Below, in pieces: positions 16,412-23,898 of a DNA stretch of 64,000 nucleotides; position 1 is the stretch's first letter, and each line of letters opens with the position of its first letter. The DNA comes from a virus (taxonomy: Duplodnaviria; Caudoviricetes), in the IMG/VR virus record IMGVR_UViG_2901802297_000002, positions 15,716 through 79,715 of that record. One strand, written 5' to 3'. The notes beneath the pieces are model-generated. The model saw only the letters and a list, made by a program, of their open reading frames with translations. It was not told the DNA's origin and did no database searches. Both the position numbers and the translations under genes were made by a program.

Positions 16412-16590
16412 GAAGTCTTGCTAAGGAACTTGCTCTTATTTCCTTAATTGCTGCGCTGGTTGTTTTGATAATGAACGGTCACAGCGAAGAAGCAGCTGTT
16501 CATGCTGGAGAAAACACACGCCTGCACCAGGGCATGCAGGCAGACAAACGCGGCACCCTATCTGAAACAAGCTACCTAGGGAGAGCATGA
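16408..16590 (+). CDS. Small membrane-anchored protein
   Basis: N-terminal TM; ATGA coupling on both sides. Confidence 0.55.
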   Translation: MRSLAKELALISLIAALVVLIMNGHSEEAAVHAGENTRLHQGMQADKRGTLSETSYLGRA

Positions 16591-16826
16591 TGAGAGGAAT
16601 GATTGCAGCACCTACCCGCCGTATTCTCAACATGAAGGAAGCGGCTTCATACATGGGTATGTCTGTAACCACATTCAGGGAGCAAGTCGCGCCGCAAGTA
16701 AAAGGTGTAAGGGTGCTGCCGAAGCGCATTAGCTACGATGTAGAGGAATTAAACAGCTTTATTGATCGTATGTCAGGGAAATCAACGGATTCTCACGAAC
16801 AGAATTTCTGGGATAAATTCAGGTGA
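16587..16826 (+). CDS. xis: Excisionase (HTH_17/AlpA-like)
   Basis: LNMKEAASYMGMS.TTF...YDVEEL; overlaps the int start. Confidence 0.8.
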   Translation: MMRGMIAAPTRRILNMKEAASYMGMSVTTFREQVAPQVKGVRVLPKRISYDVEELNSFIDRMSGKSTDSHEQNFWDKFR

Positions 16827-17851
16827 CAATCATACGCCTGAAATACGTTCACAAGTTCCCCGGCCGCAATGGGAAGACTCGTTATTATCTCAGAAAGCCG
16901 GGGCATAAGCAGGCTAAGCTGCCAGATCCATCCAGCCCAGATTTCTATGCCGAATATCTGCGCCTCCTGAATGGGGACGCCCCAAAGATAGAAGTGCAGA
17001 AGTCTAAAACGATTGAAGGCAGCTTGCTTGACCTTATCGTGCAGTGGAAAACATCCCACAAATATAAAACCATCAAACAGAGCACGAAACAGGTATATGA
17101 TCGGCTTCTGAACAGAATAGCTGCAATGGATTGCGCTCAAGGCGCGGTCAAGCATATGGCTCCGCAAAATATTCGCTTCATCATGCGCCAATATGAAGAG
17201 GCAGGCCCCACAACAGCCAACCGCATATTAAGCATTCTCAGCATGATGCTGGACTACGCCATAGATATTGGCTGGCGTGATGATAACCCTGCCGTGGGTA
17301 TTAAGCGCCTGCAAATAAAATCCAAGGGCCTGCATTCTTGGTCTGATGCAGAGATTGAGAAATATCAGTCGCATTGGCCTACAGGCACAAAGCAGCGTCT
17401 GGCATTTGCTTTATTATTATATACGGGCCAGCGCAGAAGTGATGTTGTGCGCATGCGCCCAGATGATGTGTCTAGCGGAAGCATTAAGGTCACACAGCAG
17501 AAAACTGGGGCAAAGCTGGACATCCCCATTCATCCGAAACTTCAGGCAGAACTGAATGCTTGGCAGGATGTCGGTGCAGGAACATTCCTTGCCACAGAGT
17601 ATGGCAAGCCGTTTTCTGTGAACGGATTTTATAACAATTTTTCGGAATGGTGTCAGGAAGCCGGATTGCCCAAAGGATGCAGCCCACATGGGTTGCGCAA
17701 AGCAGCAGCCAGACTGCTTGCAGAAGCCGGCTGCACCACGCACCAGATCGCATCCATCACAGGGCACAAGACTCTATCAGAGGTGGAAAGATATACCCGT
17801 GCTGTGGAGCAGAAACGCCTAGCTCAAGAGGCCATGATCAAGATTGAATAA
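16823..17851 (+). CDS. int: Prophage A tyrosine integrase
   Basis: N-terminal arm-binding region; YTGQRRSD, QQKT, HGLRK, TGH, RY. Confidence 0.93.
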   Translation: MTIIRLKYVHKFPGRNGKTRYYLRKPGHKQAKLPDPSSPDFYAEYLRLLNGDAPKIEVQKSKTIEGSLLDLIVQWKTSHKYKTIKQSTKQVYDRLLNRIAAMDCAQGAVKHMAPQNIRFIMRQYEEAGPTTANRILSILSMMLDYAIDIGWRDDNPAVGIKRLQIKSKGLHSWSDAEIEKYQSHWPTGTKQRLAFALLLYTGQRRSDVVRMRPDDVSSGSIKVTQQKTGAKLDIPIHPKLQAELNAWQDVGAGTFLATEYGKPFSVNGFYNNFSEWCQEAGLPKGCSPHGLRKAAARLLAEAGCTTHQIASITGHKTLSEVERYTRAVEQKRLAQEAMIKIE

Positions 17852-17883
17852 TTGGCACACATAAAACACGGATTGGCACACAT
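17851..17883 (+). repeat. Integrase arm-type direct repeat ATTGGCACACAT x2
   Basis: Copies at 17851-17862 and 17872-17883, between the int stop and the att core. Confidence 0.65.
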
Positions 17884-17923
17884 TGGATAAAGTGCCTTGT
17901 TTTTATGGAATAAAATAAAGTGC

Positions 17924-17937
17924 TGGCGGATGGGGTG
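17924..17937 (-). repeat. att core: tRNA-Ser-like 3' end (CACCCCATCCGCCA)
   Basis: Reverse complement ends in GCCA like tRNA-Ser; flanked by arm-type repeats on both sides. Confidence 0.65.
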
Positions 17938-18000
17938 TCAGTCAGGATAGGTTAATAAGTATTTGATTATAAGAAATAATTAAAAATAAATTATATGCGG

Positions 18001-18021
18001 ATACCCACAGGATTACCCACA
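18001..18021 (+). repeat. TACCCACA direct repeat (P4-type integrase arm sites)
   Basis: ATACCCACA-GGA-TTACCCACA about 65 bp inside the att core. Confidence 0.55.
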
Positions 18022-18120
18022 AATTTTGAGCGCTTGTATGTGATGCCTAAATGCCTTTCTATATGCATTAAGGTAAATTTCAGATCACCAACCAACACTT
18101 CCATGAAGCAGAATTTTGTT

Positions 18121-18834
18121 ATGCCAAACGATTCCATCGTCCATCACAATGCAACTTGGCATCCCGGCTCTGTACGTAATGCTGTCATGGATTCAGCCCG
18201 TAAACTGGTAGAATCTAAGATACCTGTGCCTCCGAAGTCCTTTTTTAGAAAGCTAGCTAATGAGGCAGAGACACTAGCTAATGAAGCAATCGCAGAAGCA
18301 ATCGCTTCTAAGGATGAAGCACCCGTTGCCCTTAATATTAAAATCGCTCATGACTTGTTTTATAATCTAAGCGATGACATTTTCCTTGCGACTGAAAATG
18401 CTAATGATCCTATCATTGCCCAGCTAGCTGCTTACTTCCTTCTCAATGCGATGGATGGTTATAATAAAGCCATTTACATGGATGCCTGGAACGGACATCC
18501 AGATCCAGAATGGGGTACAATCTGGGGCATCCATCAACGCATTCGGGACTTCACCCCGGCTTTCATATTCAAAGTCTGCATGCACGGTGATGTGCGTTTT
18601 CTGGCTGTAGAATGCCACGCACCGAATCGTCACCTTCCTGATGATCCTCGTGCACGTCTTCGTGCACGGACAATGATAGTATCAGGTCTGCCAGTGATCG
18701 CGTTTTCTCCAAATGAGATTAAGACAGATCCTGATGCATGTGTTTCTGAAGTGAACGAGGCGCTTGTAACTCTTGCGGAAGAATTGCTCTCGAATCCCCA
18801 AAAATATGATTTTCGTCCACAGACAGGCATATAG
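18121..18834 (+). CDS. Moron protein with degenerate DUF559/Vsr-like nuclease domain
   Basis: Q.RI....PAF....LAVECHA..H....R...G.PVIAFS..EI..DP.ACV pattern. Confidence 0.6.
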   Translation: MPNDSIVHHNATWHPGSVRNAVMDSARKLVESKIPVPPKSFFRKLANEAETLANEAIAEAIASKDEAPVALNIKIAHDLFYNLSDDIFLATENANDPIIAQLAAYFLLNAMDGYNKAIYMDAWNGHPDPEWGTIWGIHQRIRDFTPAFIFKVCMHGDVRFLAVECHAPNRHLPDDPRARLRARTMIVSGLPVIAFSPNEIKTDPDACVSEVNEALVTLAEELLSNPQKYDFRPQTGI

Positions 18835-18836
18835 AA

Positions 18837-18887
18837 TCGCCTTCACACGGCGGGGGGTCACAGGTTCAATACCTGTCGCACCCACCA
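18837..18887 (+). pseudogene. 3' two-thirds of tRNA-Val(CAC), att-like relic
   Basis: CGCC-TTCACAC-GGCG anticodon arm, ACAGG-TTCAATA-CCTGT T arm, ends in ACCA; no D arm or 5' strand. Confidence 0.8.
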
Positions 18888-19012
18888 CGGTTTTTCCTAG
18901 ATTTCTGCGACTTTTAGAGAATTTCTGGAATGTTGGTCAGTTCCAGTTAGGATCGTTTTATACCTATCAGAATCGATAAATCATCACCAAATCCGTGCAC
19001 GATTCTCAGGCC

Positions 19013-19041
19013 TTGTACCCGTCCCCACGCCGTACTAGAAT
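19013..19041 (+). promoter_or_regulatory. Sigma70-like promoter
   Basis: TTGTAC-17 bp-TAGAAT. Confidence 0.6.
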
Positions 19042-19047
19042 CATGGG

Positions 19048-19280
19048 GCTGCGGCGGGTTTTTTGGTGGGCCGTGAGACGCCGCAGCACTCTATTCCGGT
19101 GCTAGGCGCAATGGTTAGTAGGCACTTCGGGTCATAGGCCCGGTAAAAGCGCGGCGAAACCCTGAACAGGTGAAGCATATTCACCGACCGGAACCATTTC
19201 CTATTTGGAAACAGTTCACTCCCCGTTATAACGCCCGCAAGCCAAGAGCCTGTCCGCTACCTATGGCGGCTCTTGGTCTT
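19048..19280 (+). ncRNA. Candidate structured non-coding RNA
   Basis: Upstream promoter, several stems, terminal CCAAGAGCC/GGCTCTTGG hairpin, no sizeable ORF. Confidence 0.45.
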
Positions 19281-19296
19281 ACGTCCTGAAAAGAAT

Positions 19297-19455
19297 CTAT
19301 TCCTGAGAATTCTCGGCAGCGACAGTCTGAGCGCTTGGAAGCGTCTCAATAAACTGCAGGATCTGAGCGGCTTCCTGCGCTGTAATTAGAAACGTAGTGC
19401 TCACATTCGCTGCACCACTTGGATAAGAGACCATTACAGAAGAGTTCTTTTCCAT
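19297..19455 (-). CDS. 52-aa hypothetical protein
   Basis: Manual translation MEKNSSVMVSYP...; GGAG RBS. Confidence 0.5.
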   Translation of the reverse strand: MEKNSSVMVSYPSGAANVSTTFLITAQEAAQILQFIETLPSAQTVAAENSQE

Positions 19456-19456
19456 C

Positions 19457-19576
19457 TTACTTTCTCCAAATATCATTTTTATTGGTTAGAAACCGCCAAC
19501 CTGCGGCAAACATAATGATGGCGAAGGCAGATCCCACGCTGCCGAAAACCATCCCGCACTCAAAGTCCGGTGTCAT
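19457..19576 (-). CDS. 39-aa TM peptide
   Basis: MTPDFECGMVFGSVGSAFAIIMFAAGW; ATGA coupling. Confidence 0.4.
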   Translation of the reverse strand: MTPDFECGMVFGSVGSAFAIIMFAAGWRFLTNKNDIWRK

Positions 19577-20358
19577 AGCGCCACCATCGCGTTCTGCGCT
19601 TTCAGGTCGGCTAGATCAGAACCGCTGGGATACAGACCGTTCGCCAGTGTGAGCTGCGGCCAGATCAAGCCATGCGCTTCCATGATGCGGGATTTCAGCC
19701 AGCCCCACGTTGCCTTCTGCACGGTGCCCCATGTCAGTAGGTCAACCGTATCGGCATCCGTCAGGCCCGTGTAACTCCAGCCCAATAGGCAATGGCCGCC
19801 GGCACTTCCGGGCGTTGTATCCCCATAGGCACCATTATCAGGTGTGAGCACACATGCACCGTTGGTGGCTTCAATCTGGTTCATGTCAGACACAGAAAGC
19901 TGCACACCCAGATAGGCCGCGCCGAAACCGGCCATCAAAAGTGCCAGACTGTTCCTATCCTGCGGATCAATACTGCCCCAGAGCGGGAAATATGGTCCAC
20001 TGCCTAGCGTGTAGCCTTCCCGGCCTGCCGTTGCCAGAACATCAACCTCAATCCCGCCCAGATCTGTGTCCGGATTGCCCGGCACATACCCTGTGCTCCT
20101 GGCATAAAACTGCACGGCATTGGCTTGCGTCACGGCAACCTGATAGCCACCCAATGCGGCCACAGCCCGAATGTAGTTACCAATGCCCGCAGAGGTACAA
20201 TCCCCCAGCGTATCGTTCCCCAACATCAGCGGCTGCGGGTCAATGTGATCCCGCACCAACTTGGCCGGAGCCTTGCGCGCCATCATGTGCAGCTTGTCCA
20301 GCCGTGGCTGGTTGGGGATCCGCCGCGCCGGCAGGCAGCCCAGCTTACGTGTGATCAT
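19573..20358 (-). CDS. Papain-like cysteine peptidase
   Basis: ND.LGDCTSAG (Cys), GGHC (His), TWG. Confidence 0.7.
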   Translation of the reverse strand: MITRKLGCLPARRIPNQPRLDKLHMMARKAPAKLVRDHIDPQPLMLGNDTLGDCTSAGIGNYIRAVAALGGYQVAVTQANAVQFYARSTGYVPGNPDTDLGGIEVDVLATAGREGYTLGSGPYFPLWGSIDPQDRNSLALLMAGFGAAYLGVQLSVSDMNQIEATNGACVLTPDNGAYGDTTPGSAGGHCLLGWSYTGLTDADTVDLLTWGTVQKATWGWLKSRIMEAHGLIWPQLTLANGLYPSGSDLADLKAQNAMVAL

Positions 20359-20747
20359 TTATGCACAATCCACTTCTCGCATGCCAGCACCAGAGGTCGG
20401 CATGCAGCATACGGGCCGCCCAGCGTGGCACTTGGCCCGGTATATTCAATCTGTGACACCCGGCCCTGTCGCAACCGTGCGACCATGTGGCAGGTGCCAT
20501 GACCGCCTACGTCCAGCTCAAAGCTGAATGGAGTCTTGAGAGTGAGCGGCCCCTGCACTTCCTGATCCTGCCGCCATTCCAGAACCTCGCCATCTGGCAG
20601 TGATGTGCTGTTGTCAGGCACGCCAGCACAGGAAATCAGATCGGAACGCTGTATGCCGATCAGATCATGCTTGGCCTGCATGGGGGCAACAGAACATGCC
20701 CCCACCAGTAACAGCGGCAGGATAGCCAGCGTTTTCTTCCAGTGCAT
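20355..20747 (-). CDS. Lipoprotein (possible spanin component)
   Basis: Signal peptide II with LVGAC lipobox. Confidence 0.7.
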   Translation of the reverse strand: MHWKKTLAILPLLLVGACSVAPMQAKHDLIGIQRSDLISCAGVPDNSTSLPDGEVLEWRQDQEVQGPLTLKTPFSFELDVGGHGTCHMVARLRQGRVSQIEYTGPSATLGGPYAACRPLVLACEKWIVHK

Positions 20748-21337
20748 TACCGGGCAGCAATGGGCCGCAGGCCATGACGTGCCAGCAGCGCATTCACCCG
20801 GTCATGGCGCCACTGCTCCGGCGTCTTGCCAATGGCATCCAGAGCAACGGAATCCGCCATCGTGCCGATCGCGCTATCCAGCACAGCAGCAACAGAGGCC
20901 ACATCGGCAGAAACGGCCTGAACTTTGGCAATCAGATCTGTGCTCAGCGTTCCGGTCTCGGACTGCACCACATTGCCAACAGTTGTGGCCGCGTTCTGAA
21001 TGGCCGTGATCACGCTGCTAAATTCAGCCGGCACGCTGTTCTTGTTGAAGGTGATGGAGGCCTTGCCCTGGCTAAAGGTATTCCAGGCAGAAAGTGCAGC
21101 CTGAATACCCGTGATCCCGGTATCAGCCACGGCAACAACAGCGGGCGGAACACCTGTGAAGGCCAGAACGGTTTTGACAATATTCAGGGCCGCAGTCCCG
21201 TCTGCCGTCACTTCCGCAACATTCAGCGTGTAGGTGGTCACGCCATTTGCAGTTGTGCTGGAGCAGGCAGCCAACCCGGCTGCCGTCAGGCCAAGCGCAG
21301 TCGTCCGCAGGAATCCGCGGCGAGAGAGTGATTTCAT
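20747..21337 (-). CDS. Tat-signal lipoprotein
   Basis: SRRGFL twin-arginine motif plus LAAC lipobox. Confidence 0.75.
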   Translation of the reverse strand: MKSLSRRGFLRTTALGLTAAGLAACSSTTANGVTTYTLNVAEVTADGTAALNIVKTVLAFTGVPPAVVAVADTGITGIQAALSAWNTFSQGKASITFNKNSVPAEFSSVITAIQNAATTVGNVVQSETGTLSTDLIAKVQAVSADVASVAAVLDSAIGTMADSVALDAIGKTPEQWRHDRVNALLARHGLRPIAAR

Positions 21338-21390
21338 TTTGTGATGTCTTTCGTTTTTCAGATCATTTTCCCGGCGTCAGGAAAATGGTC

Positions 21391-21756
21391 TCACTTGCTG
21401 TCCTGCGGAATCTGCACAACAGATCCGGGGCCTGCTTGTGGTGCTACAGTTTTGGAAGACATGCTGCCGCGCAACATGATCACTGCGTTAGCGGCATACT
21501 TCCAATTGAGAGCAAGGAAGTTGATAACCCGGTAAAGCAGCCAAAGCTTGCCGGACTGGTTGGCTGGAAGCGGGATCTGGGTTGCTGCCGCCCCCGCTGC
21601 CGCAAACACAACACAGGCATACAGAACCCATGTAGCTTCCGGCTGTGGAAGGGCTGTCACCATGGCAGGCAGAGACAGGCCAGCAGCAACGGCCTTGGCG
21701 GTCTGTGCCAGAACGGCAGAGCGTTTTGGCACTACGGGAACAGGTGCGTCAGTCAT
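21391..21756 (-). CDS. Holin-like membrane protein
   Basis: Two to three TM segments, LY..IN.LALN..YA motif; downstream of the endolysin. Confidence 0.6.
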   Translation of the reverse strand: MTDAPVPVVPKRSAVLAQTAKAVAAGLSLPAMVTALPQPEATWVLYACVVFAAAGAAATQIPLPANQSGKLWLLYRVINFLALNWKYAANAVIMLRGSMSSKTVAPQAGPGSVVQIPQDSK

Positions 21757-21922
21757 GTGCCACACCTCCCCGCAAACTGACAGGCAGCGTGTTGACTTCC
21801 ACCACCTCAATCATGAGGTTCCCGTTTGGGCTGCGCTGCACATTTTTCCGTAGATCTTCGCGCATTTCTTCCGCCATCATGCGCGCAATCCTGCGCAGGT
21901 CGTTTTCGGTGTAAAACCCCAT
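21749..21922 (-). CDS. 57-aa hypothetical protein
   Basis: Manual translation MGFYTENDLRRIARMMAEE; AAGGA RBS. Confidence 0.55.
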   Translation of the reverse strand: MGFYTENDLRRIARMMAEEMREDLRKNVQRSPNGNLMIEVVEVNTLPVSLRGGVAHD

Positions 21923-21982
21923 GGGTTTCCTTTCTAAGTAACTGCCATGCCAACTGGCGCATAAGAGGCAGGAGAACCCGCC

Positions 21983-22471
21983 TCATGCATTGATGGCCTG
22001 CTGGAATAGAGATGTGTTTGCGCTGGCATTGGCCTGCCCCAGCACCGTGTTGTAATGCTGCTTGTGGTAAGCGCTTAGGGCTGCAGCATCTATGGCTGAG
22101 GGCAATGGTTCGGGAGCGCGCAAGTATTGCACTCTGCACATACAAGCTGAATAAGCCCTGTTCTCCACAAGGCTTTCTGCTTCCGGCAGGCCAGTCAAAC
22201 CGCTTGCTGCCAGTATGCGATTAGCAAGATCAGGCCGGTAACGCAGAAAGTTCAGCCAGATATCATCATGGGTTCTGGGCTCCATCTGGAACCAGCCCAG
22301 TGCTGGCCCATTGATTTGCCGATCATGCATAAATCCACTTTCAACAAGCCCTGTGCCTGTCACCAAATTTACTGCTGAACCCCCACCAAGATTGATGGCT
22401 TCCAATGCTGGAAGAATAGTCAGGTGCTTGATGACAGAGAGGTTCGCGCCCCATACATTTTTAGTGCTCAT
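21983..22471 (-). CDS. Endolysin (lysozyme-like fold)
   Basis: GT.LVESG..RQ..GPALG.FQMEP.T..DIW and Y.K.HYNT motifs. Confidence 0.8.
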   Translation of the reverse strand: MSTKNVWGANLSVIKHLTILPALEAINLGGGSAVNLVTGTGLVESGFMHDRQINGPALGWFQMEPRTHDDIWLNFLRYRPDLANRILAASGLTGLPEAESLVENRAYSACMCRVQYLRAPEPLPSAIDAAALSAYHKQHYNTVLGQANASANTSLFQQAINA

Positions 22472-23037
22472 GCCACCTCCATTTCACGCGGGGGCAGAAT
22501 GAACTGCGTTGTCTGGGGTTGTGGTAAGGGCTGTGTGGGGGGATGTTTCCGATGCAGGAACTGCACATTCCCAAACGCGTAATCATCCCACGTCTGACTG
22601 GAAAGAAGCATTCCGCCAACAGCAGTAATAACACCCACCAGAAAGCCAGCTATGGCAATCCAGTATTTGATCTTTGCCGCCGCTGCATTGGCGTCCGCCT
22701 CGGATTCCTGTGCACGCGCCGCATCTGTCTGAGCCTGCAGAAGTTTTTGCTGCTCAATGCGGTTGCGTTCCTGCTGCGCTCCATTCTGTGCTGCAAGTTG
22801 CTGGGAAAGTGTAGCGATTGCTGCGCGGTTCTGGGCTGATTCCTGCGCCCTGTTTCGTTCCCGCTCCTGCCCCTGCGCTTCAATGGAAATCAGCCGGTCC
22901 ATCATCGATCTCTGGCCAGACTTGAGGGTATCTACATCGTCCTCAAGTCCATCCAGACGCCGACCATGACCTGCAACAATTTGACGCAGGTCATTATCAG
23001 CCACGCAGGGGGTGCCCGCGCTCTGTTCATCTGTCAT
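22468..23037 (-). CDS. Coiled-coil plus TM lysis protein (holin/XhlA-like position)
   Basis: Long coiled coil and one C-terminal TM, coupled to the endolysin. Confidence 0.55.
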   Translation of the reverse strand: MTDEQSAGTPCVADNDLRQIVAGHGRRLDGLEDDVDTLKSGQRSMMDRLISIEAQGQERERNRAQESAQNRAAIATLSQQLAAQNGAQQERNRIEQQKLLQAQTDAARAQESEADANAAAAKIKYWIAIAGFLVGVITAVGGMLLSSQTWDDYAFGNVQFLHRKHPPTQPLPQPQTTQFILPPREMEVA

Positions 23038-23061
23038 TAAGTTTCTCGAATGTTTTCGATT

Positions 23062-23895
23062 TTACCCGACAATCAGGCCGTTCTGCTTCAGAACACGGCG
23101 AATTTTCGTTGCCATGTCCTGAATTTCACTCTGCGTCATCGCGCGCTGAAATCCCGCCCAGAACGACAGTTTTGCCCCAAGGCACGGGGCATTGCCATTT
23201 TGAGCATCATACGAACTGCCAATCAGCAAATTGGTATCCGCCACGTTATACCCGGTCCCCATAGCACCGGCAGACAGCGCGTTACCGGGCGCATTTGTCA
23301 GATCGTAAAACGTCAGGGTTTTTGTTGAGGTCGTTTGTGTCAGCGCGACTAAAATGGGGGTTTCGGCAATAGGTAGTGCTGCTGTGGGAGTGAAAATCTG
23401 GTGTAGCGTGCTATATCCAGAATATACCCCCTGCGAATACCCCTCCCAGCGAAATGTATTCGAAGATTGCGCATTCGCCTGAACACCAACCCCCTGCAAT
23501 GTTGAGCCACCAACAATATTCCCAAACGGGATAATGCCGGACATACCTGCTGTCACCGGATTACCCTGCCCCGTTGGAGCCGATGCAGCATTAAAAAAAT
23601 CTGGTGTGACAACGGCAAATACCGTGAAATCCTCACTGCCAGACAGGTTACTGACAATCTCAGATTTCGTATTGTTCACAACAATATTGTTCTGATTGAC
23701 AGTAATGCTGCTTTCGCCTGTCACTGTCGGGGATTTTGCCCCAGATGCCTGATTAGTCAGGCTGCTCGTTATGCTGCCTGCGCCAGTGCGATCACCAAAC
23801 ACATACCAGTCTGTAATTGTGCTGTCCCCGGCGGGATCAAACCCAACAGACGTGGAAAATGATGCACCTGCAATGGTAAGAGAAAGACCTGTCAT
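23062..23895 (-). CDS. LamG/ConA-like tail-associated protein
   Basis: Beta-rich; DFTVFAVV, LLIG, RAMTQSEI. Confidence 0.6.
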   Translation of the reverse strand: MTGLSLTIAGASFSTSVGFDPAGDSTITDWYVFGDRTGAGSITSSLTNQASGAKSPTVTGESSITVNQNNIVVNNTKSEIVSNLSGSEDFTVFAVVTPDFFNAASAPTGQGNPVTAGMSGIIPFGNIVGGSTLQGVGVQANAQSSNTFRWEGYSQGVYSGYSTLHQIFTPTAALPIAETPILVALTQTTSTKTLTFYDLTNAPGNALSAGAMGTGYNVADTNLLIGSSYDAQNGNAPCLGAKLSFWAGFQRAMTQSEIQDMATKIRRVLKQNGLIVG

Positions 23896-23898
23896 ATT

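Larger units (their letters stand above)
1..17937. mobile_element. Prophage A (HK97-type head), right-hand part; continues left of the window
   Basis: Contiguous portal/terminase/HNH, replication, cI/cro and xis-int genes ending at a tRNA-3'-like att core. Confidence 0.9.

Noticed and set aside
18837-18887. Functional tRNA-Val gene
   Set aside because: No 5' acceptor strand or D arm; the upstream sequence is coding.
19048-19280. Retron msr/msd, cobalamin riboswitch or hammerhead ribozyme
   Set aside because: No reverse transcriptase nearby, and the diagnostic consensus motifs were not found by eye.
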